Assembly (NCBI GenBank): GCA_015485355.1
Contig: WFTQ01000089.1
Coordinates: forward strand, 54,264-118,263
Length of the DNA: 64,000 bases
Reading direction: 5' to 3'
Source: a bacterium
Lineage (GTDB): Bacteria; Calditrichota; Calditrichia; RBG-13-44-9; J042
The position numbers and the translations under genes are program-made. A model generated the notes under the pieces. That model had not been told where the DNA came from. It did no database searches and saw only the letters and a program-made list of their open reading frames with translations. Of the stretch, positions 39,772-49,545 are shown piece by piece. How positions within the stretch are numbered: the first letter of the stretch is position 1; every line of letters begins with the position of its first letter.

Positions 39772-40151
39772 TTTCCCCCCTTGGTTGAATGAATGACCTG
39801 TTCAATTTTTTCTTTTATGGCTTGTAGAGTAAACGGTTTGACAATGTAGCCGCTGACCTGATGTTGATACGCTTTCCGCACGTCGTCTTGTTTATCGCGT
39901 ACGGTCACCATGATCACGGGAATATGCGAGGTGTGCTCGTGGCTGCGGATCGTGCGAATCAGTTCCAGACCGTTCATTTCCGGCATGTTCCAGTCAGTGA
40001 TGATCAAGTCCACGGGTTCCTTTTCCAGAAATTGCCAGGCGGTTTGGCCGTCGGGCGCTTCCAGGATGTGTGTGGCTCCCAATGTTTTTAATACGTTCCC
40101 CAGAATGCGCCGCACGATCACCGAATCTTCCACAATCAGACATCTCATCAT
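39768..40151 (-). CDS. cheY: Chemotaxis response regulator CheY
   Basis: 127 aa single REC domain. Acidic pocket CLIVEDSVIVRR..., phospho-Asp in LIITDWNMPEMNG, conserved K in YIVKPF. Confidence 0.8.
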   Translation of the reverse strand: MMRCLIVEDSVIVRRILGNVLKTLGATHILEAPDGQTAWQFLEKEPVDLIITDWNMPEMNGLELIRTIRSHEHTSHIPVIMVTVRDKQDDVRKAYQHQVSGYIVKPFTLQAIKEKIEQVIHSTKGGK

Positions 40152-40152
40152 A

Positions 40153-40518
40153 TCAGTTGATATATTTTGAAACCTCGTATTGAATTCGTTTTTGGCCGAA
40201 AGGTTTGATCAGGTACGAATTGGCGCCCAATTGCATGCCTCGTTGAATATCCTTTTCATCGTCCAGGGAAGACAGGATAATGACCGGGATTTCTGCGTAA
40301 TCGTTGTCTTCGCGAATGGTCTTCAGCAGTTCGAAACCATCCATGTTGGGCATGTTCAGATCGGTGATGATCAGATCCACTTTTTCCCGGGGAAGTTTCT
40401 CCAGGGCCTCCATCCCATCGCGGGCAGCCACCACCCGAAAGCCTTTGGCCCTCAGGGCGAATGTGAGAAACTTGCGGATGGATTCCGAATCATCGACGAC
40501 CATGATGACCTTATGCAT
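40153..40518 (-). CDS. Second CheY-like single-domain response regulator
   Basis: IMVVDDSESIRK...LIITDLNMPNMDGFE...YLIKPF. Start set at MHKVIM; the ORF track extends 19 codons upstream. Confidence 0.75.
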   Translation of the reverse strand: MHKVIMVVDDSESIRKFLTFALRAKGFRVVAARDGMEALEKLPREKVDLIITDLNMPNMDGFELLKTIREDNDYAEIPVIILSSLDDEKDIQRGMQLGANSYLIKPFGQKRIQYEVSKYIN

Positions 40519-41392
40519 AGTGGCACTCCTTCTTGTACAGAATTGTCTTAGAAAAATGAACCGGTTTAAAGGCATGAGAGATGCCGTAGAGGGATTCAGA
40601 ATAGCCCAGCAGCAGGTATCCGCCGGGGTTCAGGCTGTCGTATAGGGAATTGACGACCTGCCGTTTGGAACGCTCGTCGAAGTAGAGCAGCACATTGGCA
40701 CAGATGATCACGTCCATTCCCCGAATCTGCTGCATGGCCAGGCGGTCCACCAGATTCATCTGGCGGAAGTGAACCATCCGGCGAATCTCGGGAACGATCT
40801 GAAAGAAGTTCCCGTGCGGACGGAAATAGCGCTGGAGCCATTCGGGAGCAATTTTCCGGACGGCGTATTCCCGGTAATACCCTTGTTGGGCTTTTTGAAT
40901 GACCTGGCTGTTTATGTCCGTTGCCAGAATTTCCAGCCGTATGTCCGCAAGGAGGTGCCGGAATTTCTCGCGCAATAGAATGGCGATGGTGTAGGGTTCT
41001 TCGCCGGTGGAGCAGGCCGCGCTCCAGATGCGTACCACCCGTCCCGGTCTATGGCGTGCCTGTTCCAGCAACGGAGGGAAAACCCCGCGTTCCAGAGCTT
41101 CCAGCTGAGCCTCGTTCCGAAAAAAGAACGTCTCGTTGACGGTAATCTGATTGATTAGATGTTGCAGCTCACCATTCATCAGACCGTTCTGAATATTGTG
41201 AACATAGGTGTCGAAGTCCTTTAGTTTTAAGGCTTTCAACCGCTGGTATAAGCGGTTCTCCAGAAAGTATTTCTTATTGTCCGGAAAGTAGATACCGGTC
41301 TGCCGGTAAATGAAGTCCCGTAAACGAGAGAACGCCTGCTCGGACAGGCTTACGTCCGGACTGCTCAATTCGATTTTCGTTAATATACCCAT
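40511..41392 (-). CDS. cheR: Chemotaxis protein methyltransferase CheR
   Basis: CheR N-terminal helical domain (FSRLRDFIYRQTGIYF). SAM-MTase region RIWSAACSTGEEPYTIAILL and ILATDINSQVIQKA. Confidence 0.8.
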   Translation of the reverse strand: MGILTKIELSSPDVSLSEQAFSRLRDFIYRQTGIYFPDNKKYFLENRLYQRLKALKLKDFDTYVHNIQNGLMNGELQHLINQITVNETFFFRNEAQLEALERGVFPPLLEQARHRPGRVVRIWSAACSTGEEPYTIAILLREKFRHLLADIRLEILATDINSQVIQKAQQGYYREYAVRKIAPEWLQRYFRPHGNFFQIVPEIRRMVHFRQMNLVDRLAMQQIRGMDVIICANVLLYFDERSKRQVVNSLYDSLNPGGYLLLGYSESLYGISHAFKPVHFSKTILYKKECHYA

Positions 41393-41430
41393 CCCAGATG
41401 GCCTTCCATGGTTGTTTCAACCGTTGTTGC

Positions 41431-42750
41431 TTACCCGGAAATTTCCGGATTGTTAAGGGCCTGTCGAACGGTTTCCCGAGGGAGGAGCTGTTCGCCTTTC
41501 TCATGCAAAATTTCCAGGGCGTAATTCTGGATCGAGGGATCGGGGTCTTTTAAAGCGGCCAGCACCAGCTGCCCCAGGCAGGGAAAATCCATCCCTCGGG
41601 CAATTTCCATGACGGCCATTTTCGTTTCATCGTTCAACTCCATAAAATTCTGTTCAATATAGTGCAGCGCTTCCTGAATTTCCTCGAATTGGCAATCCAC
41701 CTTCTGCTCATCGGATAAATGGGCAATCAGCCCGATGATAAACTGGCTTCCGGCATCGATATTCAATTGTCGAGCCTGCATGTTTCGAACCAGCGCCGGT
41801 ATGATTCGAAACCCGCTGCGTAAAAAAACCTGGAATATCAACAGGTCCAGCTCTTCGTCCAGGCCGATTTTGGGAATCAGGTATTCCGGCGATGCGTCCG
41901 CCGGGAAAAACAGCAATCCCTGTACGGCGGCCTTCAGGTAGTTTACATCCAGGTCATCCAGCATCTGGATGAAGTACGGTTTAAGTGACTCGGGCAATTT
42001 GGGGGGATTGGCCGCCGATCGGAGGCTGTTGACAATGGCTTGAAGAATCACCGGTCGAGCCAGTGCGTTAACGCGTTCGGCCTCACGGATCAGCAGACCC
42101 AACAAAGAAGCATCCTGTTTTTCGGCGATTGCTTCGGCGGCGGCAAGTTGAACCACCGGGTCTTCGTCTTGCAAGGCGGTTTCGAAAAAGGCGTTGTCCA
42201 CCCGATGGGGAAAATGACGGACGGCGGCAACCACATTGGGTCGCACATAGGGTTTCTCCTGGTAGAGGTCCAGTAACCGCTCGCTGTAGTCTTCCAGGCC
42301 GAGCATGCCGATGGCATCCACGGCGGCGCAGATGACATTGGGATCGGGGTCCGCCAGGCGTCCGGCAATCCGGGCACCCAGGGATTGGGCCGGCATTTGG
42401 GCTAATAAATCGATGGCGAATTTCCGCACATCTTTATTGGGGTGGTCGATGTAGTCGGCCAGGCTGTCGACCGCAGGGGCCCCGATTTTGATCAATAAAT
42501 CCCCTGCCAGATTGCGTACCACAATGTTGTTGCTGGTAATGAACGCCGCCAACCGCTGGATGACTTCCGGCATGGGGTGGGAAAGCACAAATTGAGCCGC
42601 GGCGTCTCGCACCCCCCGGTCGCTGTCTTCCAGAAGACCGGTAATTTGCACCGCAACGTCCGGTGAACAGTCCTGTTCGAAGAATGTTTCTATGGTTTCC
42701 CGCCGCCGGGTGGGATCGGGATCTTGCAATAATGGTAAATGACGTGCCAT
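41431..42750 (-). CDS. HEAT-repeat (PBS-lyase-type) protein, terminal gene of the che operon
   Basis: Nine or more degenerate HEAT/PBS repeats (RRETIETFFEQ..., VRDAAAQFVLSH..., VRKFAIDLLAQM..., VICAAVDAIGML...). Confidence 0.6.
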   Translation of the reverse strand: MARHLPLLQDPDPTRRRETIETFFEQDCSPDVAVQITGLLEDSDRGVRDAAAQFVLSHPMPEVIQRLAAFITSNNIVVRNLAGDLLIKIGAPAVDSLADYIDHPNKDVRKFAIDLLAQMPAQSLGARIAGRLADPDPNVICAAVDAIGMLGLEDYSERLLDLYQEKPYVRPNVVAAVRHFPHRVDNAFFETALQDEDPVVQLAAAEAIAEKQDASLLGLLIREAERVNALARPVILQAIVNSLRSAANPPKLPESLKPYFIQMLDDLDVNYLKAAVQGLLFFPADASPEYLIPKIGLDEELDLLIFQVFLRSGFRIIPALVRNMQARQLNIDAGSQFIIGLIAHLSDEQKVDCQFEEIQEALHYIEQNFMELNDETKMAVMEIARGMDFPCLGQLVLAALKDPDPSIQNYALEILHEKGEQLLPRETVRQALNNPEISG

Positions 42751-43067
42751 AATAACCTTCCCTGTTTCGTTCGATCCTCCCTGATTCCTTATTTAATTTA
42801 TCTGATCAATAACGGATACAACGTCCCCAAAGGGTCTGCTGCCAAAGATCGCGAAATCGCTCATCGATTTCTCCAAAATATTCGACGTTTGTATAGGGAA
42901 CTTAAATCTTTGGAACACATCGGAGGGCCGTGGGCAAGGTTTGGGGATTTTTCGGCTGCCTGGACCGCGGAGGCGGTAGTCGTCGGAGGGGAAGAGTCGG
43001 CCCTCCGAAAACTTTAACCATTGCATTCCCGATAACGATCGGTTAGTTTTCTGATTTTAATTTCACC

Positions 43068-43081
43068 GGAACCGAGGTTCC
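43068..43081 (+). promoter_or_regulatory. Palindrome GGAACC-GA-GGTTCC 43 bp upstream of tkt (same half-sites recur upstream of xdhA)
   Basis: Read directly. A second copy, GGAACC-AGA-GGTTCC, is at 57713..57727, 44 bp upstream of xdhA. Confidence 0.3.
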
Positions 43082-43123
43082 TGTTGGGGCAGGGGAAGTC
43101 ACCATAAAGCATAGCAGGAGAAA

Positions 43124-45112
43124 TTGATGAGTCCGCACGAACAAGATCGGCGCGCCGTTGCGGTGATGAAGGGGTTGATAATGGATGCAACCCGTAGGGC
43201 GAATTCCGGGCATCCCGGGGGCGCCATGTCCATGGCAGACTTTGCCTACATTCTGTTCAAGGAGTTTTTGATCTATGATCCGGATGATCCGGAGTGGTTC
43301 AATCGGGACCGCTTTATTCTTTCTGCCGGGCATGCTTCCATGGTGCTTTACACATTATTGACGTTTATTGGGTATCTGGAGGTGGAGGATTTAAAGCGGT
43401 TTCGCCAATGGGGGAGTCGAACGCCCGGTCATCCGGAGGTGGACGCAACGCCCGGTGTGGAAGCGACCACCGGTCCCCTGGGACAGGGCCTGGGCATGGC
43501 CGTGGGAATGGCGATTGCCGAAACCCTGTTACGCCACCTGCTGGGGGCAGAGGTTCTGGATCATTTTACCTATGTGATCGCCAGCGACGGAGATTTCCAG
43601 GAGCCCATCGGTCTGGGCGCCGCGGCCCTGGCGGGACATCTGGGGTTGGGACGGCTCAACGTGATTTACGATTATAACCAAATCCAAATCTCCGGTTCTA
43701 CTCTCCGGGCCGATAGCACCGATTATCGCAAAGTGTTCGAGGGGTTCCACTGGCAGGTGCTGGAAATCGACGGGCACGATCATCAGCAAATTCGGCAGGC
43801 GCTTCAAGAGGCCCGCCGTCAACAGGAACGCCCCACCCTCATATTGGCCCATACCCGCATCGCCAAAGACGCCTATAGTATGGAAGGGTCGGCGGAAACG
43901 CATGGATCGCCCCTTCCGCCGGAGGAAATTCGGAAAACCAAAGAGAAGCTGGGGCTTCCCGCGGAGGATACTTTTTTTCTACCGGAAGAGGTGCTGGATA
44001 ATTTCCGGCAGCGCTTTCCCCAATTGCGCCGGCAGGTGAAAAGATGGAAAGAGCGGTTTGAGAAAAAGCGCCGCCGGGATTCCTCGTTCAGGGCACTGTG
44101 GAACGATTTGTGGTCGAAAGAAGTGTTAACAACCATTGCCGATCCCGCTTACCGGGCCGGGGAAGCCATAGCCACCCGGAGCGCCTTTGGGGAGATGCTG
44201 GCCAGGCTTGGAGAAAGATTGCCCAATCTCGTGGGGGGATCGGCGGACCTGGAACCCTCCAATAACACCCGCGCATTCATGGAGAAGGTAGGGGATTTTT
44301 CTCGACAGAACCCTTTGGGAAGGAATCTGGTGTTTGGGGTACGGGAATTTCCGATGGGAGCCGTTCTCAACGGACTGGCCCTTCACGGGGGAATCCGCCC
44401 CTTTGGAGCCACCTTTCTGGTCTTTTCCGATTATGAACGGGCCGCCATTCGACTGTCCGCTTTGCAAAAAGTACCTGTTTTGCATGTGTTTACCCACGAT
44501 TCCTTTTTGTTGGGAGAGGATGGCCCAACCCATCAACCGGTGGAGCACATGGCTTCTTTGCGGGCTATGCCCAACTTACTGGTTATCCGTCCCGCGGATG
44601 CGGCCGAGGTACCCGTTGCCCTGCGGGTGGCCCTGGAGCAAAGGGAACGTCCCACGGCATTGTTGCTGACCCGCCAGAAGGTGCCGGTGCTGGATCGTCC
44701 CCCCTTTGCTTCCCCGGATTTGCTACGTCGGGGGGCCTACGTGGTGTATGGAGATCCCCATCAGGTGCCCGATATGATCCTCATTGCCACGGGCTCGGAA
44801 GTGGCTTTGGCCCTGGAAGCGGCCCGCCGGTTGACGGAATGGCGGGTACGGGTGGTCAACATGCCCTGTATGGAACTGTTCCTGGAACAACCGGAAGACT
44901 ACCGCCTGCAGGTGCTGCCGGAGGCCGTTACCTTCCGGGTGGCCGTCGAGGCCGGATCAACGTTTGGGTGGGAACGCTTTGTGGGTCGCAGGGGACTCAT
45001 TTTGGGCCTGGATCGATTCGGAGCCTCCGCACCCGCCGGGGTATTGGCGCAGAAGTTCGGCTTCACCGTGGAAGCCATGGTGACGCGCATACGAGAGGCC
45101 TTTACCCAATAA
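43124..45112 (+). CDS. tkt: Transketolase
   Basis: TPP-binding RANSGHPGGAMSMADF. GDG motif SDGDFQEPIGLGAA. 662 aa. Confidence 0.9.
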   Translation: MMSPHEQDRRAVAVMKGLIMDATRRANSGHPGGAMSMADFAYILFKEFLIYDPDDPEWFNRDRFILSAGHASMVLYTLLTFIGYLEVEDLKRFRQWGSRTPGHPEVDATPGVEATTGPLGQGLGMAVGMAIAETLLRHLLGAEVLDHFTYVIASDGDFQEPIGLGAAALAGHLGLGRLNVIYDYNQIQISGSTLRADSTDYRKVFEGFHWQVLEIDGHDHQQIRQALQEARRQQERPTLILAHTRIAKDAYSMEGSAETHGSPLPPEEIRKTKEKLGLPAEDTFFLPEEVLDNFRQRFPQLRRQVKRWKERFEKKRRRDSSFRALWNDLWSKEVLTTIADPAYRAGEAIATRSAFGEMLARLGERLPNLVGGSADLEPSNNTRAFMEKVGDFSRQNPLGRNLVFGVREFPMGAVLNGLALHGGIRPFGATFLVFSDYERAAIRLSALQKVPVLHVFTHDSFLLGEDGPTHQPVEHMASLRAMPNLLVIRPADAAEVPVALRVALEQRERPTALLLTRQKVPVLDRPPFASPDLLRRGAYVVYGDPHQVPDMILIATGSEVALALEAARRLTEWRVRVVNMPCMELFLEQPEDYRLQVLPEAVTFRVAVEAGSTFGWERFVGRRGLILGLDRFGASAPAGVLAQKFGFTVEAMVTRIREAFTQ

Positions 45113-45366
45113 CCCTGCTTTTCCCCTCCAAAAGCCTGGAGGGTCCACACCCATGCCAATGCCTTTCTCGATCGTTGCAGAAGAAGTCATGACCGGGGGA
45201 TTCCAGCTGGATGGGGGAGGTGCCTTCCTGTCGGGCAAGCCGCGGGTTAGGCCGATTTCCCCCCAAAACGGCAGAATCCGGGGGGGCGAGTGGCTCCTCC
45301 CGGCATGCATCCGGTAGGGGAAGACCGGGCTGATGCGTGGCATCTGTGCAATTATTTCGCTCTTGT

Positions 45367-45395
45367 TTGCAAATTGCACATTCCTGCCGTATTTT
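45367..45395 (+). promoter_or_regulatory. Sigma70-like promoter candidate (TTGCAA - 17 bp - TATTTT) embedded in a 9-bp inverted repeat
   Basis: -35 TTGCAA at 45367..45372, 17-bp spacer, -10 TATTTT at 45390..45395. Lies 15-40 bp upstream of the lipoprotein ATGs. Confidence 0.3.
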
Positions 45396-45409
45396 AAACG
45401 CTGTCGGGA

Positions 45410-46426
45410 TTGAGAATGGCGCAAAGGCCAATGAAAATATTGTGTTATACTGTGCTGGTGAGTGCTTGGTTGGGGATGAGTTGTATTACCGATGCCCCTC
45501 ATGATAATCCTTTGGACCCCCAGAACCCCAACAGCACCCTGACCCTGCGCGGGCGGGTGTTTACCCTGTATCCCCCCTATCAGGGAATTGCGGGGGTGGG
45601 CGTCTGGCTGGAGCCGCTGCACCGGTTTACCCGAACCGACGAAGCGGGTGCCTTTGGGTTCACCGATTTGAAAACGGGAACGTACACAGTGGTCACCACT
45701 ATGGAGGGCTATGCCTCCGATACCATGGAAGTGGTTTTGAAGAATCCTGTGAATGTGGAAATTTATCTGGACGCCCTGCCTCAATTTCGTCAAATCGTGT
45801 TGACCTCGCATCATTATGCCCGCTTCTTTCCGCCGGACGATTTGTATTTTCTGACCATCGACGTATTGGTCAGCGATCGGGATGGCCATTCGGATATCGT
45901 TCGTATGTGGTATGAACTGCCCGATTTAACCCTGCAGGACACCCTCCGGTTAGTGGAATTTCCCGATGCGTATTCGGCCAGATTTATTGCCCAGCGAACC
46001 CCCGAAGATTATCAGATCGCTTCTTTGCATTTATTGATAGGCAAAGCCTTTACTTTCAGGGTAGAGGACAAACCGGGAATGCGTACCGTTTCCCCTGCTT
46101 TTTATTTAACGCGTATTGTGGAAACCATCCCCGTACACGTGCAACCCACGGGCCTGGTTTCCCTTCCGGTGACCCAGGATAGCATTCGATTTGAGTGGGA
46201 GCCGGTGGTGCTGCCGTATCCCTTTTCCTTTCGAATAGAGATATACCGGTTGGACTTTGGGGTTACCACGCTGGTAAGTCGGATTGACGGGATCGCCTCA
46301 AGCCGAGTCGATTATTTATACAAAAATGACCTGACTCCCGGGGATCATTTATGGTTTCTCTATGTGGTGGACGAATACGGCAACACCGGTCGTTCCCGGG
46401 AGGGGGCCTTTCGTATCGTTCCCTAA
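45410..46426 (+). CDS. Lipoprotein with carboxypeptidase-regulatory-like (Cna-B/PEGA-like) beta-sandwich domain
   Basis: Lipobox LGMSC. LRGRVFTL...GVGVWLEP...RTDEAGAFGFTDLKTGTYTV is the CarboxypepD_reg-like pattern. Alternative start at 45431. Confidence 0.5.
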   Translation: MRMAQRPMKILCYTVLVSAWLGMSCITDAPHDNPLDPQNPNSTLTLRGRVFTLYPPYQGIAGVGVWLEPLHRFTRTDEAGAFGFTDLKTGTYTVVTTMEGYASDTMEVVLKNPVNVEIYLDALPQFRQIVLTSHHYARFFPPDDLYFLTIDVLVSDRDGHSDIVRMWYELPDLTLQDTLRLVEFPDAYSARFIAQRTPEDYQIASLHLLIGKAFTFRVEDKPGMRTVSPAFYLTRIVETIPVHVQPTGLVSLPVTQDSIRFEWEPVVLPYPFSFRIEIYRLDFGVTTLVSRIDGIASSRVDYLYKNDLTPGDHLWFLYVVDEYGNTGRSREGAFRIVP

Positions 46427-46445
46427 GCCGTTGGGGGTAAGAGGT

Positions 46446-47921
46446 ATGGCGGAAAAAAATCTCTTTGATGCGTTTCTGAAAATCAGCGAGGCGTTCAATG
46501 CCATTCAAGACAGTCGGTTGTTGTTGGAAAGGGTGATGGATCTGGCCATGGAGACCCTGGGTGCCGAGCGGGGATTTATCCTTTTACGGGGGGGCGAATC
46601 GGAAGAGGCCATCGAAGTCGTAACGGCTCGCAACATCTCCCGCCAGAGCATCGCATCGATCCAGGAGATCTCCTCCAGTGCGGTCAATCGGGTGCTTCAA
46701 AAGGGGGAGCCGGTACTTACCGTAGACGCCCAAACCGACCGGCGCTTCATGGGTGCCGAAAGTGTGGTATTGCAGAAAATCCGTTCCATTATTTGTGTGC
46801 CGTTGTGGCGGGATGGGGAGTTGATCGGTGCGATTTACATGGATAGCCGGGTCGGCGAGGTGGAGTTCGATAGAGATAGTCTTCAATTTTTAGAAGCGTT
46901 GGCCCGCCAAATCGTTGTCGCTTTAGAGAACGCCCGGCAGTTTCAGTCGCTTAAATCCGAAAACTTGCGGCTTAAGAAACAGATACCCCTTCAACAGATG
47001 TTTCCCGAAATCATCGGGCGCAGTCCCGCCATCGTGCGCATCTTTGAGTTGATCCGGGATGTGGCGGATACGAACGCCACGGTGCTCATTGAAGGAGAAA
47101 GTGGTACGGGAAAAGAACTGGTGGCCCGGGCTCTGCATTATCATTCATCCCGACGCGACAAACCGTTTATGCCTATCTTTTGTGGAAGCCTGTCGGAAAA
47201 TCTTCTGGAAAGCGAACTGTTTGGCCATCGAAAAGGCGCCTTTACCGGTGCCATCGAAAATAAAAAAGGACTTTTTGAGGAGGCCGATGGAGGCACCGTT
47301 TTCCTGGACGAAATTGCCGACATCAGTAAAAATATTCAAACCAAACTCTTGCGGGTCATTCAGGAGGGGGAGGTTAAACGCGTTGGGGACAATGTGATCC
47401 GCAGGGTCGATGTCCGGCTCATTGCGGCTACCAACAAGGATTTGTGGGAAGAAGTGCAGGCGGGTCATTTCCGGGAAGACCTGTATTACCGGTTGAATGT
47501 GATCAACATCAAAATGCCCCCTTTACGGGAGCGGGTGGAAGACATTCCCTTACTGGCGGAGCATTTTTTGCGCCGGTTTGCCCGCAAAAATCGCAAAGAG
47601 ATCGGGGGATTTACTCCCCAGGCCATGAACCTGCTTCAGGAGTATCACTGGCCGGGTAACATCCGTGAACTGGAAAACGCCATCGAACGGGCGGTCATTT
47701 TGGCCCGAGGAAAGGAGATTACCCCGGATCTGTTTTCTTTCCGGAAATCGCCCAACGTCATTATGCCTGGTCAAACCCTCAAGGAAATCGAGAAACAGGC
47801 GGTGCTTCAAACCCTGGAAATGACCGGTTACAATCGTACCCGAACGGCCGAAATCCTGGGAGTTTCGCGTCGCTGGTTGCAATACCAGCTCAAAAAATGG
47901 GGAATGGTCGATGGAGATTGA
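46446..47921 (+). CDS. Sigma-54-dependent transcriptional activator (GAF - AAA+ - Fis-type HTH)
   Basis: N-terminal GAF domain. Walker A GESGTGKE. Sigma54-contact GAFTGA motif (HRKGAFTGAIENK). C-terminal HTH RTAEILGVSRRWLQYQLKK. Confidence 0.8.
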   Translation: MAEKNLFDAFLKISEAFNAIQDSRLLLERVMDLAMETLGAERGFILLRGGESEEAIEVVTARNISRQSIASIQEISSSAVNRVLQKGEPVLTVDAQTDRRFMGAESVVLQKIRSIICVPLWRDGELIGAIYMDSRVGEVEFDRDSLQFLEALARQIVVALENARQFQSLKSENLRLKKQIPLQQMFPEIIGRSPAIVRIFELIRDVADTNATVLIEGESGTGKELVARALHYHSSRRDKPFMPIFCGSLSENLLESELFGHRKGAFTGAIENKKGLFEEADGGTVFLDEIADISKNIQTKLLRVIQEGEVKRVGDNVIRRVDVRLIAATNKDLWEEVQAGHFREDLYYRLNVINIKMPPLRERVEDIPLLAEHFLRRFARKNRKEIGGFTPQAMNLLQEYHWPGNIRELENAIERAVILARGKEITPDLFSFRKSPNVIMPGQTLKEIEKQAVLQTLEMTGYNRTRTAEILGVSRRWLQYQLKKWGMVDGD

Positions 47922-49527
47922 AGGTTACCGTATCGAAAGGGAATTGAGTCGGGGCCCCATCACCACGGTATATCTGGCCCGGCAGGTGGAATTGGACCGC
48001 CTGGTGATTCTGAAAGTGTTGAACGTCCAGTGGCAAAAAGAGAAGGACCTGGTTCAGCGGTTCCGCCGGGAAGCCCGCATCTGCGCCCGCTTGCGCCATC
48101 CCAATATCGTTACCCTCTTTGATTTCGGTACCGCAGAGGGCTCCTTTTACCTGACCATTGAATACGTGGAGGGGAAAGATTTAAGAGAACTCATCGAAGC
48201 ATATCATCCTTTGCCTTTTTCGGTGATTGCTTTTATTACCCGGGAAATTTTAAAGGGGCTCACCTATGCCCATGGCAAGGGAGTGATCCATCGGGATTTG
48301 AAACCGGCCAACATCGTCATCAGCTGGGAGGGGGAAGTCAAAATCGCCGATTTTGGACTGGCAACGCTGGGCGATTTTCCTTCGGTGACCGAACCCGGGG
48401 GTACGGTGGGGACGCCGGCATACATGTCGCCGGAGCAGGCCCGGGGCGGATCCCTGGATGCCCGCAGCGATCTGTTCAATTTGGGTGCCACCCTGTACGA
48501 ACTGTGCACCGGCCGTTCGCCTTTCGAAGGAGAAAATCTGGCCCGCAGCATTCAGAAAGTGCTGAAAGAAGACCCCCCTTATCTGGGAACACAACGGCCG
48601 GATATTCCCGAGGGATATGCCAGGCTGGTACATCGGTTGTTGGCCAAACCCAGGGAAAAGCGGCCCCAGGGCGCCGGCGAGGTGTTGGAACGGTTAAAAT
48701 CCCTTTATCCGTTTCCCGACGAAGAGATACTGATGCGTTTCCTGAAACATCCCGAAGCCGTCCTTCCCCCGCCCGAGGTTCCAACCACCACCGAACCCCG
48801 GAAGCACAAAAGCCCCAATCTGTCCTGGATAATCGCGGTACTGGCCGCTTTAACCCTGAGTGGAGGATGGTTTATACTTCAGATATTTAAAAACCGGGCG
48901 GATACCGAACATCAAAATGCCTCTTGGGTACAGATCGACGATACCTTGGTATCCAGTCGAATTTTCCCGGACACCTTCTCTGTTGAGTCCGCGGCCCCTT
49001 CTCCTGAAGAGGGGGAAAACGCCGCTTTGACGGCCGAACCGCCCGCGGTTGGAGACGCCAAGGTTTCCAGCGAAACCCCGGATGCTTCGGAGAAACCTGC
49101 GGCCCGTAGCGGTGGGATTTTTCTCACGGTGTATCCTTGGGCGGATGTTTATATTGACGGCGTGTACCGGGAACGCACCCCTTTAAAGCAGCCTTTGCCG
49201 TTGTCCGAGGGGGAGTACATAGTGGAGCTGCGAAATCCCTATTATTCTGCTTATCAAACGCGCATCCACATTGCACCGGGGCGGGTCGATACCCTGAAGG
49301 TGACCCTGAGCCCCGCCCTGGGCTATCTGAATTTGCAGGTGAGTCCCTGGGCAAGAATCTATATCGATGGAGAATATGTCGAGACTACCCCGTTGCAGGA
49401 ACCGATCGCTTTATCGGCCGGCCGGCATGTATTACGATTGGTCAACCCCAATTTTCCCGTTTGGGAGGATACCATCGAAGTGCGGGCCGGCGAGACGCTG
49501 TTCCGTAAGGTTGCTTTGAAGAATTGA
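47911..49527 (+). CDS. Transmembrane Ser/Thr protein kinase with two extracytoplasmic PEGA domains
   Basis: Kinase subdomains VAIK-like RQVELDRLVILKV, HRDLKPAN, DFG, SPEQ. TM NLSWIIAVLAALTLSGGWFI. Two PEGA repeats (VYPWADVYIDGVYRERTPL and VSPWARIYIDGEYVETTPL). Confidence 0.8.
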   Translation: MEIEGYRIERELSRGPITTVYLARQVELDRLVILKVLNVQWQKEKDLVQRFRREARICARLRHPNIVTLFDFGTAEGSFYLTIEYVEGKDLRELIEAYHPLPFSVIAFITREILKGLTYAHGKGVIHRDLKPANIVISWEGEVKIADFGLATLGDFPSVTEPGGTVGTPAYMSPEQARGGSLDARSDLFNLGATLYELCTGRSPFEGENLARSIQKVLKEDPPYLGTQRPDIPEGYARLVHRLLAKPREKRPQGAGEVLERLKSLYPFPDEEILMRFLKHPEAVLPPPEVPTTTEPRKHKSPNLSWIIAVLAALTLSGGWFILQIFKNRADTEHQNASWVQIDDTLVSSRIFPDTFSVESAAPSPEEGENAALTAEPPAVGDAKVSSETPDASEKPAARSGGIFLTVYPWADVYIDGVYRERTPLKQPLPLSEGEYIVELRNPYYSAYQTRIHIAPGRVDTLKVTLSPALGYLNLQVSPWARIYIDGEYVETTPLQEPIALSAGRHVLRLVNPNFPVWEDTIEVRAGETLFRKVALKN

Positions 49528-49545
49528 ATGGCACGAAAATTGTAA

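Noticed and set aside
45338-45356. Possible sigma-54 promoter TGGCAT...GCA upstream of the lipoprotein/EBP locus
   Set aside because: GG-to-GC spacing is 9 instead of the required 10-bp gap (TGGCAC-N5-TTGCA). The sequence fits better as one arm of the 9-bp inverted repeat.
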